Below are positions 14,165 to 25,002 of a DNA stretch of 64,000 bases, in pieces. Under the pieces are notes generated by a model. The model saw only the letters and a list, made by a program, of their open reading frames with translations, was not told where the DNA came from and did no database searches. This DNA comes from Selaginella moellendorffii (Eukaryota > Plantae > Lycopodiophyta): assembly GCF_000143415.4 (NCBI RefSeq), contig NW_003314394.1:124042-188041 (forward strand), written 5' to 3'. The translations under genes were made by a program, and so were the position numbers. Each line of letters begins with the position of its first letter. The first letter of the stretch is position 1.

Positions 14165-17100
14165 ATGGTAAGTCTTTTAGGCCAAGTAGAAAATGGCATG
14201 AGGCCACATGCCATTCAGTAGCAACATTGGCATGCACCGATTGGGCTCTCGAGTGCAGTCCGGTTACAGATGGCGTGTAGCCTTACGCCATCTTAGGATG
14301 CAGCCTCAAGACATCTGATGTAGTGGTGAATGGCGTGTGGCCTCACGTTATTTCCAGCTGCTAGCTTTTCTTCTGTCAGCTCTAATTGTTGTGCATTTCT
14401 GAACAGACGAGGAATTGCGTTCTTCTTCCAGCCACTGTCAATGTGGATGCAGAGAAGGGGGAGGAGCTCACCAGTTGGACTTTCGGGATGGAAGGCGAGG
14501 ATCTGAGGCTGTACAACACAGATGGTGGGAGAAAAGAATGCATGGGGATCCTCATCCAAGTGACAGACACTCCATGCAGTTCCATGCAAGAATATAGACT
14601 GGCACTTGTGGTAGAGACAGTGTCTGCCTTCAAGATCCACCTTGCACATCCTAGCGGCTTCCCGGAGGGGGGCAGTGGCTATGAGGAATTCCTAGAGGGA
14701 GCTAGGGAGAGGTTGTCCAGGAGGCCCACAATTTCAAAGACGCTGCGGGTCTATGAAGATCACATGGAATCCACGGACCTCACCTACGGCGATGTTCAAA
14801 AACTATATTCCAACATTGAGCCGTTGAGAGTGCCTCCAGTTCGCGAAGCGAAGGGGAAGGGGGTCGATCTGGAAACTACCCCGAAGCAGAAAAGGGTGCT
14901 CAAGCTCAAGCCAACGTCCGACTCTCCTCCAAAAAAGAAGCTACTCGGTGATGCCATTGCCTCGGGTTCGAACACTACACCCACCAAAAAGAAGAGCCGC
15001 AAAGAGCAGAAAGAGCAAGAAGAGGCAGCAAAAATCGTCGCAGATAATAGTACTTGTTACTATTCCAACAAAGTATATACAATCGACGTGAGCCGTATCG
15101 ACATCCAAAGCAAATACAACCACAGGCTAGTATCTGATGAGTGGGTGGAGAAACTGAAGCAGAAGATGCTGGCAAGTCCAGTAACACCCGACATCGCAGA
15201 TGTGATCCCCTACTACCGAACAATGAAGGGCGAGACGAGGTTTCCAGACTTGATCAATAGGAAGGTGTTGGACGATCAGAACATCCGGTTCTATGCCGTC
15301 TCCGGGCAGCATTCTAGCTTGGCGATGCAAGAGATAGTTGTGGATATTATGGTGGGCGAGGAGGTGAAGAAAGTCTTCAAGACAAGAGTTGTCCGCCTGA
15401 TAAAAGGCAACTCGCCCCTCCGATCTATCATATACATCTCCCACGCGCAGAATGTCAAGCAAGAAACGTGCTACAAATCGGGTCTGCACGAGACATTGGC
15501 ACGAACACGGAAGCTCTGGGTTCAACTGAAGAAGCCACAAAAACCAGGACAAGGACGTGCACTAGCAACTAGCGCCTGGCAGGTAAGCCTCGTTGCATGT
15601 GGCATAGCATGTGGCCTCACGCCATTTCCATTGCAGTAATTCTCAAGTCTTCTCTCAAAAACACTGGGGGTCAATGACACACTCAGCATCCATAACATTC
15701 TACTCGCGATAAAAGTTGTTTTTGACAAATGGGTAGATGTGCTGAGGAGGTACCATGACGGGGAGTTGCCAAACTCAATGGGTGTGGAGGACGGCCGGAA
15801 GCCCAATGATTTGAAGCTCAATGCCTTGCGTTTCTCGCGGTCTCTAGACGACAACGACCTTCTGACAGTGGCTAATGCTCTTCTACGTGGTGAGGTAGTC
15901 TTCAACAAGACCAAAATGAGTCCCGGCCATATTGTGACATACGAGGACTTGTGCACGACTCTGAGAGCTCGTGCGCTATTGAAGGATTGGATCTTCGAGC
16001 AAGTGGCCGTGGAGAGGGTGAGCATCGACACCACGCAAGAGATGATGGAAGCGCTGGAGTTGTCAAATGAAGACATCGACGAGTATGTGAAGGGGGCCCC
16101 CAAGTTCATCGATCTGCTGCGGGATGCCACGAAAAGTAAAGCTGAGAAGTTGGATCAGTATCCAAATTTCATTAAGATTGATGTCGACCGCCGGCTTCAG
16201 AAACAGCTCGACCCCGCAGCAGAGGCCTATCGAGAACCTTACCGGGTATACTTGAATTCGGATGAGGATCAAAGGTGGAGGAGCATCGTTTCCCGCGGAA
16301 ATGAGCAGGTCAAGAACATCTTTTGTGTGATGGACTTCACAAACGAGGAGATCACTCATGCAGACGAAGTCAGCTCCATCATTGACTTAATGGTGGGACT
16401 TGCGGAGGTGGAATCTTCAGTCCACTATATGATCTACGACTCCGAATCCTATCACAAGTTCTGGAAGGCCTTGAATGAGGTGAAGGCTCGGTTGAAAGGC
16501 AAGGAGATGCGGGAGATCCATGGGATAATGGCTAAGAAGAAGATACCGACGAATGTACGCATCTTCACACTCGCCCTTGTTATTGGTCCTGCAGCAGAGT
16601 GGGACTGGAGTGACTTCCCAGCTTCGTTCGACAAGGCCAATCAAATTGATCTGAGGGAGGTAAATTTACCCGTGCCTGAGGAACTGAAGACGGCTATGGA
16701 GCTTTCGAATCCAAAGAAAGCTCTAGGTGCAGCATGGGAAATGCTCAGCTGGGTCTTCAACGCAATAGCGGGTGGGTCACCTGCTTCCGACTCCAAGGGC
16801 AAATGCGTTGTCGAGTACAACTGCGGCGGACTATTCTTTCGAGCCGCACTACTCAAGGGTGTCCCGTGTGTTGCGGTGACAAACTCCATTGAAGAGGTGA
16901 CTTCAATGGAGCATATAATTACAGTTGCCAAAGAAAAATAGTATCTTCTCTGCGAACCTGGTGAGTACACACTTTAAGTTTAAATGTTATCTCACAAGCT
17001 CTGTATGCAGGAGCGTGGCCACCCCCAGATGCTGAAACGGCGTTAACAGCTACTGTTGAAGATACCCATGTTGGGCCAAGCTCACAACCTACACAAGGTA

Positions 17101-19733
17101 AAGTCACGTGAGGCCTCACGCCATTTTGATTATAGATCGTTGTGAATATTCAGACACGAGGACTGAAAAGCGCACTGGTGGCGCGTCGAAGAAGGACAAA
17201 CAGACAAGCAATAGGAAAAAAGGAGGTACAAATTATATTTGCAATGGCGTGTGGTCTCATGCCATTCCTTGCAGGAGACACTTCTTCAAAGGCAAAACAG
17301 GCAAGCACCAGCCAAGCTCAAACTGATAGTGGTCATAAAAAGCGAAAGCACGTTCGACAGTCGTCGAGATCAGAGGCGTTTGATTTGAAAAGGAAGAAGG
17401 GCAACGAAAAGATGATAGGTAATGCCTCGCGGTTATGGCGTGTGTGCTCATGCCATTCATTGCAGATCAAGGGCTGAGTGAAAGCAGGCAGTCACCACCT
17501 CCTGACTCAGATTCCTATGGCGGACTCCCCTTCCCCAATCTCAATGGAGAGGTACAATGGATGAGGGATGCTTTTCAAGTCAGGGCCATGTTTTTCTCAT
17601 CTCGTCGTCTTTGAAGGGTGCAAGAACGTGTAGAAACCATGTTAAGACAGTCGGGTGAGGATACAGTCCTAGGTCACGCACTAAAACAGGCTATGGATGT
17701 CTTGTATTTTGAGATGGAGACTTGGCCAGATGATTTTCCCAAGATGGTCCTGGAAGAACAAGCCATCCAGCCTGAGCAGCCTATGGAAGAAATGCAGGAG
17801 GGGGATGAGAAGCCAGAGAAAGATAATGAGCAGGAAGAGCAGAAGGACGAAGAGGAGGACAAAGAAGAGGAGGACGAAGAAGAGGAGGACGAAGAGGACT
17901 TGGATGGTCCTCACAATGGTGACGATCACAATAACGACGACGACGATGATGACGACGATGGCCAGCCTGAGGTGGCCAAAGAGCAGCGGAGGAAGGTCAT
18001 ACAAGACAAACCATCAAGTAAATAATAGTACATCCATTCCTAACCTTTTACCATTTCTAATATTGTCCATGTAGGTCGCAGAGCAAATGGTAAGTAGAGA
18101 TTATTCAGTTGAATTTACAAACTCTAGCCTTTAGTGTCGAGGAAGGATAGTGCCAAGCAAGGGTCGAAACGTATGTCCAATCCTTCAGAATCAGCAGTGC
18201 GCCCAAGTGATATCGGTCCTAGTTCCTCAATAGCAGTTGATGGTAAATACAGTATAGTCGATTTAATGTGCTAATGAGTTTGTTTTTAGTAGCACGGGAG
18301 GATACCATCTCAATCGAAGGGAGATATTTGGACATGCATATGGATCCGCCAGTGGACTCTACTTGCCTGCAAGAGTCATCAGAGCTGGTAGAGGCTACTA
18401 TCCATATCAACGCCAAGCAAGCTAACCACGCTCCACTTGATGCTGCCCATACCACTGAGTTAATCTTGTCCACGTATCCAACTGACGGTGACCAGGCGCC
18501 ATTGGACCCGCATGAGGCCGCCCCAGCCGCCGAGCCGGTCGTATCCTCATTTCCAACGGACTCAACGTGTGCCCAATCGTCTGACTACGCGCCGTTGGAA
18601 CCTCCCTACACCGCCCCTACTGCCTGTTCGGTCATGTCCACTTTGCCAACGGAGGCACTAGCTGAAATGGCGTGTGATCACACGCCATCGGAACCACCCC
18701 ATGCCACTGTTGAGCCAGTTGTACTAGAGTCTACAGCTGAAATGGCATGTGCCCACACGCCATCGGATGCGATTGACCCCACATTGCAGAGGAGAGTATT
18801 TCCGCCCTTCACGTTTCCTCGACCAAAACCCTCTCAACGACCATCGGGAGCACCATTCGCTAATATTGTAGATGGTAAAATTGACTTGTACCATTTTTTA
18901 TGCTGACGCATTTCACTTCAGAGTCACGGCGAAGGTACTGTATCATTTTTGATCTGAACAGTGTCCTTTTCTTCCATGAGCGTGGCTCGTCCTCGAATGT
19001 CATTGCACCCTCCAAAGCCTGCGGTCGCAAGTTGGTCAAAAGAGACAGATTCACATTAATCACACGGGAGAAACTGCGGGCTCTAATAATGACCATGCGA
19101 CACTTAAAACAGAGGGCCGGGTTCAATTTGCAATTGGGAGTTTGGATATCCATGATGCGCCACAATGCATTAACGTTGCTACAGATGATGCACCATCAAA
19201 CGCGAGTAATATTACCATTTGACTTTCTCCTAACGCAGGAGGATTGCTTGACTATGGTCCATATGAGGGGTAGCAAGCCCATCTTCGTCAAGCCAGAGGT
19301 TGTAGTGATGAACCGGACTGCTAGGTCAAGTGAAATCCTCATCATCGATGACTCGCCGATTAAAACTGCAACGAACACGCACACATATGCAGTGCACCCC
19401 ATCTCTTGCAGTATGGAAACTAGGGAGAAGAAACCGTATGTTCTGGGGGACCTTGCAAAATGGCTTGGAGTGATGGTGATAGAGAACCGGCCAGTCCAGG
19501 AGGTGGCTGCAGAAATCAACCAAATGGCAGATGGAACGGTATATCAGAAGCCATTTGATCGGACAGACACCAGTCATCATTTATGGCATGTATATTGTCT
19601 AGCCAAGCACTATCCGCATCTCCATAATCTGCTCAACCGGATGGGTTCTTCGACCACTGAACATGAGCGTGGACATATTAGAGAAGAGATGGCATTACTA
19701 TTGGGTTTAAATCCTGATAGTGTGGAGAGTGAT
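14165..19733 (+). pseudogene. 11-exon cargo gene (copy 1): ParB/Srx-like domain, degenerate MTase-like fold, acidic linker, FCP1/SCP-like HAD phosphatase; runs into the N gap
   Basis: Exons 14165-14167, 14407-15582, 15637-16960, 17011-17097, 17154-17225, 17275-17418, 17466-18017, 18075-18089, 18135-18242, 18290-18874 and 18922 onward. All introns are GT-AG and phase-compatible. Motifs FYAVSGQHS, CVVEYNCGGLFFRAALLKG, IIFDLNSVL and IIDDSPIK. Stops at 15637, 16939 and ~17612 are sense codons in copy 2. Confidence 0.75.
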
Positions 19734-20199
19734 NNNNNNNNNNNNNNNNNNNNNNNNNNNNNNNNNNNNNNNNNNNNNNNNNNNNNNNNNNNNNNNNNNN
19801 NNNNNNNNNNNNNNNNNNNNNNNNNNNNNNNNNNNNNNNNNNNNNNNNNNNNNNNNNNNNNNNNNNNNNNNNNNNNNNNNNNNNNNNNNNNNNNNNNNNN
19901 NNNNNNNNNNNNNNNNNNNNNNNNNNNNNNNNNNNNNNNNNNNNNNNNNNNNNNNNNNNNNNNNNNNNNNNNNNNNNNNNNNNNNNNNNNNNNNNNNNNN
20001 NNNNNNNNNNNNNNNNNNNNNNNNNNNNNNNNNNNNNNNNNNNNNNNNNNNNNNNNNNNNNNNNNNNNNNNNNNNNNNNNNNNNNNNNNNNNNNNNNNNN
20101 NNNNNNNNNNNNNNNNNNNNNNNNNNNNNNNNNNNNNNNNNNNNNNNNNNNNNNNNNNNNNNNNNNNNNNNNNNNNNNNNNNNNNNNNNNNNNNNNNNN
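19734..20199. other. N run (466 nt)
   Basis: Run of N; same length as the corresponding segment of copy 2 (34291-34756). Confidence 0.98.
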
Positions 20200-20205
20200 A
20201 ATTCC

Positions 20206-20226
20206 CACTTTAACGAAATAGAGCTT
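20206..20226 (-). repeat. Right TIR of the Sola-like element
   Basis: cactttaacgaaatagagctt followed by TSD cttt and resumption of the LTR. Confidence 0.92.
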
Positions 20227-20230
20227 CTTT

Positions 20231-21037
20231 GTATTAGTCTCATTTAGGTCCCAAATGCTATTTATGGAAAGTGTCTAGAGTTGCTCATTTGGCATATCTA
20301 TGGAATGTAGAGATTGTTCTGAACACAATGGTGTTCTTTCCGTGTCTAAATTCACAATCTAAGGACATTCCATATTTAGGTAGTTTCCAGCTTGTCCCAG
20401 AGACTAACTCCTAATACTAAAGGAGGCTTGGGGTGAAAGCCCAAAGCGTGTGTTCCTCAAGGGGGGGGGGGGGGGGGGGCCTCTGGGGGGTTCCAAATGT
20501 ATAGTAGGGATAGTGGGTAGGTTGGGCATGGCCGACCAACCTAAGGCATAGTCTAGCTCCTACTTGCGTGCCTGTCCTTGTTCTGCGTCCGGCTTGGGTC
20601 TAAGCCCAAGTTCCATTCCATGCTAGCTGGTGGAGTACCCATGTCCTCGCATTAGGCCACCGGTATGCCGAAATAGCGCCAGACTCTGTTTGGCTCCGTT
20701 TTGCATGCTAGTCGTGGCATTGGGATGCTGGTTGCTTCAGGACTGTTCCAAGTCGCTCCGGGCTCCTGTCCCTTCGCTCCTTGGGCTATATGCTCGGGAG
20801 TTGCTCCGTGGTCCGGTTCCATCACTCCTTGGCTCCACGCTTGGGAGTTTGGCACCGTTCCTTCGTTCAGTGGCCCAAGGCCCTGAACCTCGGGTTCCTA
20901 TGGACACGTGGCATGGACACATGGCATGTGACACGTGGCATCTGTCACGTGGCACAAAGAGGGTTTAGGTTCCGCTTCGTGGTGTTATCCTATGGTAAAT
21001 CACCATAGGATAAAGGGTCAAAACCACGTGCGCTACA
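20231..21037 (+). repeat. 5' LTR, right part
   Basis: Aligns with about 27522-28317 and ends ...cgctaCA. Confidence 0.92.
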
Positions 21038-21039
21038 TT

Positions 21040-21050
21040 TGGTATCAGAG
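21040..21050 (+). other. Primer binding site (tRNA-iMet type)
   Basis: TGGTATCAGAG two bases after the LTR end. Confidence 0.9.
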
Positions 21051-23856
21051 GATGAGTCTCAGCGAGTACTATTCAATGAGATTGGGCAACTAGTCTCGTT
21101 GCATACGCAGAGATGAAAACGATGATCCGAGTGGGTACACATTTTGGTGCAAAGACTTCGCAATTGGTTCTTTGGGTATGGATATTGTTACCTTATTGTA
21201 CCTTATGATGTGAGCTTGCGCTTGGGCTCATAGGATGGATTGAGAAGCTCCATTAGCACGAGTTTGAGCTTGAGCTCGTGAGTGAGGCACATTAGCAACT
21301 CGAGGTTACACTTTGAGTTGGCGGGATTAATGTTAGCCTATCGGAGGTTCCATGAGTTGTTCCATGTACCATGGGTGAAAGCAAACCTCCCTGGGTTTGC
21401 TATGAGTGGCAAATAGGCTGGTCCGTAGCTGTTTAGCATGGCACTAGTGGATCCTTCCTAGGTATGATTATAAGTGGATCAATCAAGACTATATGGATTA
21501 GTCTATTGGTTCAAGTAATCATGGCCGTGCTCTCTCATAAACTTTTCTTGGATTGAATTGAAGGCAGCGCGAAAGCAAGCTTGAGGTTTGGTCAAAGATG
21601 AGATCGAAAAGAGAGTCATCAGGGACGGAGGATCAAACACGTAAATCATTTTCTCTTCTTGGAGAGATGATTTGCAACGAGGTGTTAACTCATTGCTTGT
21701 GTTCACATCATGCAATCAAGAGTCCCTATCTTGACGCATGTTGGAGGTGATGGTCTTACAAGTGGTGAGTTATGGGATGGATAGTGGTGAAACACTAAAC
21801 CATTTTGTCTAGGCTCGCTATTGGAAGACTTGGGTTGCAATGCTCAATTCTTTTCCGGAGAACCTTGCTATTGCTCCTTGAGTAGCTTGGTGTTGGATTA
21901 GTGTTGAGTTTGGTCGGAAAGAGAGTGGCATGAGCTTGTCCGTGTTGTGAACAAAAGTTAATGATGTTGGGTGTTGTAAATCTCTATTGGTGGAGTGTGG
22001 CATTTATGTTGCATTTTGTTAAATTGAGTTGGCACTTGATACTCACATAAGCCTTTGAAGTAATGACATTGGCATTGCTCGTGGTGTTGCTCAATCGATG
22101 ATCAAGTCATTGTGATTTCTATATCATATCCATGTGATAATGAGCAATGTGTTTATGAAGTTGCTTGGTTAAATGATGATCAACCCCAAAGTGGTTGATG
22201 GAGAAGCTAGTCTACTTGCATGTAGTAGCATTGTAGTAGCTTTGACTGGATTCTCTATAGTGGTCAATTATGCTAAGCTTAAGTTGGTACCTTGTTTCCT
22301 TGAGTTTGCCTGTTAGGTGTTGGAAAGGGTTGTAGCATTCGTTTGCTATAGCTTGTCGATTGATCCGTTAGCACTTGGAGTAGATTGTTGGATGGAGAAG
22401 ATGTGTAGTTGGGGCATTGACATCACTAGCACTTGTGTTAGTGGAAGTGGCATTGTTATTTCAAGTGATGAGGAATTTTCCTTGGACCTTGATTTTTCCA
22501 TGTCATTTTTCTTGTTAGCGTTTTGGCTTCACATTGGATCTTGAAGGTGATTGAAGAAGAGTGTTAGTGCAATATGGATATCCGAAGATGTGGTCTTCGT
22601 GATCAAGCCTTGGATGTTAATTTTGCACTTTGCGGATGTCGGTGTTGGATATCGGAAAAATGGGCAAAGATGTTCGATGCTTAAGCATATTGATGGATCA
22701 TGAGAATTTGTGTTGAGGTGAACCTATATAAATTTGTTAGTAGGAGGAAGTTGGTTGAGTTTTGAAAGTTTGCATTCCTGGACTGAGAGTCATTCTTTCT
22801 CTAGGATGGAAAATTTTCCACAAATTTTCTTAGACTTTTCCAATGGCTGATCTATTGATCACTTTGCTCGAAAACCATTCCGTTTTCGTAAGCTGATACA
22901 AACTAGTAAAGGGGTTCGAGTTAACCTTGGTTAACTTAGACCTTAGTATATAGTTTGTATGATGCGATCCGAAAGGGATGCTGACTTTTGGGGCTAAGGC
23001 AATTGAGTTGGATAGAGTCTGGAGTTAGTGTAGAAAAGTGGCCGTTGCACTTTTCTAAGAAGGGTGACTCTTGTGCCTTTCTTTTGTAGCATTATGCTCG
23101 GTGGCAAGTTGCACCTTGCATTTTGTTTAGACTCTATGAGAGTAGTGAGCTCTCACTGATCTTGACTTGGTCCTGGTGGTCCTGCACCTTGGCTAAGGAT
23201 GGTGATGTCCAACTTAGTTGTTTGAGGTTGAGATGTTGGTACCCATACTATAGCTTTGTCTATGAGGAGGTTGTGTACAGATATGAGTTCATCTCATGGT
23301 CTTCACTTTCGTTTCGGCTGAGTGTTGATCATGCATAGCTAGCCTCTTCAAGGCATTCTCAGAGCTAGTGGCTAAATGTTTTAGTGAGTTTATTGCGGTT
23401 GAGTTGGATTCGAGTGGTCATTTAGTTTGTGCTTGTCTATGAACTCTTATCTCGTACCTGGGGTATTATGTTCATGTTGGACAAGTATATAACTTGATGA
23501 CAAGAGTTGGTGTTTAGGTCTTGTGAAGGCAAGTTGAGGAGTGAGTGTTAGTTGCTTTGCGACTAGTGATTGCTTGTTGACTTCGTCAAGGACTGGTGAC
23601 ACTTTCTTTGCTCGATGATGATTCAGCAGTGATGGGCTTGCTTTATCGAATGGTGTTGCAGAGGATCGTGTCGTTAGACTTACATGAGTTTTTCATGTTG
23701 ATATATCGACTCTACCTCTGTCGATATCATTGGGTTACATCTAGTCCGTAGTGTTGGATTTCATTAAGTCTTGGACGTGGTGATTCACTCCTTGATGATG
23801 TGTTATCTGAAACTGAGTTTTGCTGAAGAATTGGTCTCGGATACTAAGTATAGTAT

Positions 23857-25002
23857 TGTAGCGCACGTGGTTTTGACCCTTTATCCTATGGTGATTTACC
23901 ATAGGATAACACCACGAAGCGGAACCTAAACCCTCTTTGTGCCATGTGACAGATGCCACGTGTCACATGCCACGTGTCCATGCCACGTGTCCATAGGAAC
24001 CCGAGGTTCAGGGCCTTGGGCCACTGAACGAAGGAACGGTGCCAAACTCCCAAGCGTGACGCCAAGGAGTGATGGAACCGAACTACGGAGCAACTCCCAA
24101 GCATACAGCCCAAGGAGCGAAGGGACAAGGGCCTAGAGCGACTTGGAACAGTCCTAGAGCAACCAGCATCCCAATGCCAGGACCAGCACGCAAAACGGAG
24201 CCAAACGGAGTCTGGCGCTATTTCGGCATACCGGTGGCCTAACGCGAGGACATGGGTACTCCACCAGCTAGCATGGAATGGAACTTGGGCTTAGACCCAA
24301 GCCGGACGCAGAACAAGGACAGGCACGCAAGCGGGAGCTAGACTAGGCCTCAGGTTGGTCGGCCATGCCCGACCTACCCACTATCCCTACTATACATTTG
24401 GAACCCCCCATAGCCCCCCCCCCTTGAGGAACACACGCTTTGGGCTTTCACCCCAAGCCTCCCTTAGTATCAGGAGTTAGTCTCTGGGACAAGCTCGAAA
24501 CTTACTAAATATGGAATGTCCCTAGATTGTGAATTTGAACACGGGACGAACACCATTGTGTTCAGGCCGATCTCTACATTCCGTAGATATGCCAATTGAG
24601 CAAATCTGGACACTTTCCATAAATAGCATTTGGGACCGAAATGAGACTAACACAAAGGGCATGATAGCGAGGGTGTTTGGCAGACACGGTAAGCTATCAT
24701 CCAACGATATTGAGGGACCAATCTCAATACGCGAGGGTTCTTGTCAAGCCAGTGCAAGACAGAGCAAAAGAGAACTAAAAAGCCGGGCCAAGTATGCTTG
24801 GCCAAATAGACACTTAGGAATTCCGTCCTTATGCTCATCCGGCCAAGTACAGATGCTAAGTCCAGTTTACTAACACTTGAACAAGAGGGACTAATAAAGG
24901 GTCCAGCAATACCGACCTCCTGCCATCGTGGCAGTAAGGAAAGAGTGTCCGTAAGGACTGGTCAACAGGTAACTTTCGATACCCGAAGTCACATTCGCGA
25001 CA
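23857..25002 (-). mobile_element. Solo LTR of the same family, inverted, with 5-bp TSD
   Basis: Reverse complement of 27175-28317, TG...CA ends, AGTAT on both sides (23852-23856 and 25003-25007). Confidence 0.93.

Larger units (their letters stand above)
8094..18763. repeat. Dispersed 22-bp palindrome ATGGCRTG-N6-CAYGCCAT, more than 20 copies
   Basis: Copies start at about 8094, 8410, 8463, 9804, 9861, 11698, 11768, 11866, 12480, 12552, 13408, 13487, 14193, 14270, 14330, 15604, 17103, 17244, 17435, 18667 (perfect palindrome) and 18742. Some are degenerate in one arm. Confidence 0.9.
7868..20226 (-). mobile_element. Sola-like DNA transposon, full-length (12,359 bp), with a cargo gene
   Basis: Perfect 21-bp TIRs AAGCTCTATTTCGTTAAAGTG (7868-7888 and 20206-20226). 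TSD CTTT at 7864-7867 and 20227-20230; the empty site atgccCTTTgtgttag is seen in the sister LTR near 27513. Transposase with Sola-type motifs. Confidence 0.85.

Noticed and set aside
15522-18004. Antisense ORFs over the cargo gene, e.g. hydrophobic 17681-18004
   Set aside because: Shadow frames of the acidic or GC-rich coding strand.
8094-18763. Palindromic repeats as a CRISPR array
   Set aside because: Spacing is irregular (about 50 bp to 1.8 kb), copies lie in introns and exons, the context is eukaryotic and there are no cas genes.
19678-20247. ORFs running through N runs (also 45208-45669 and 52963-54118)
   Set aside because: Artefacts of translating N.
20630-21008. Short ORFs repeated in each LTR (also 23886-24136 and 27910-28288)
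   Set aside because: They recur only because the LTRs are near-identical; no domain motifs.
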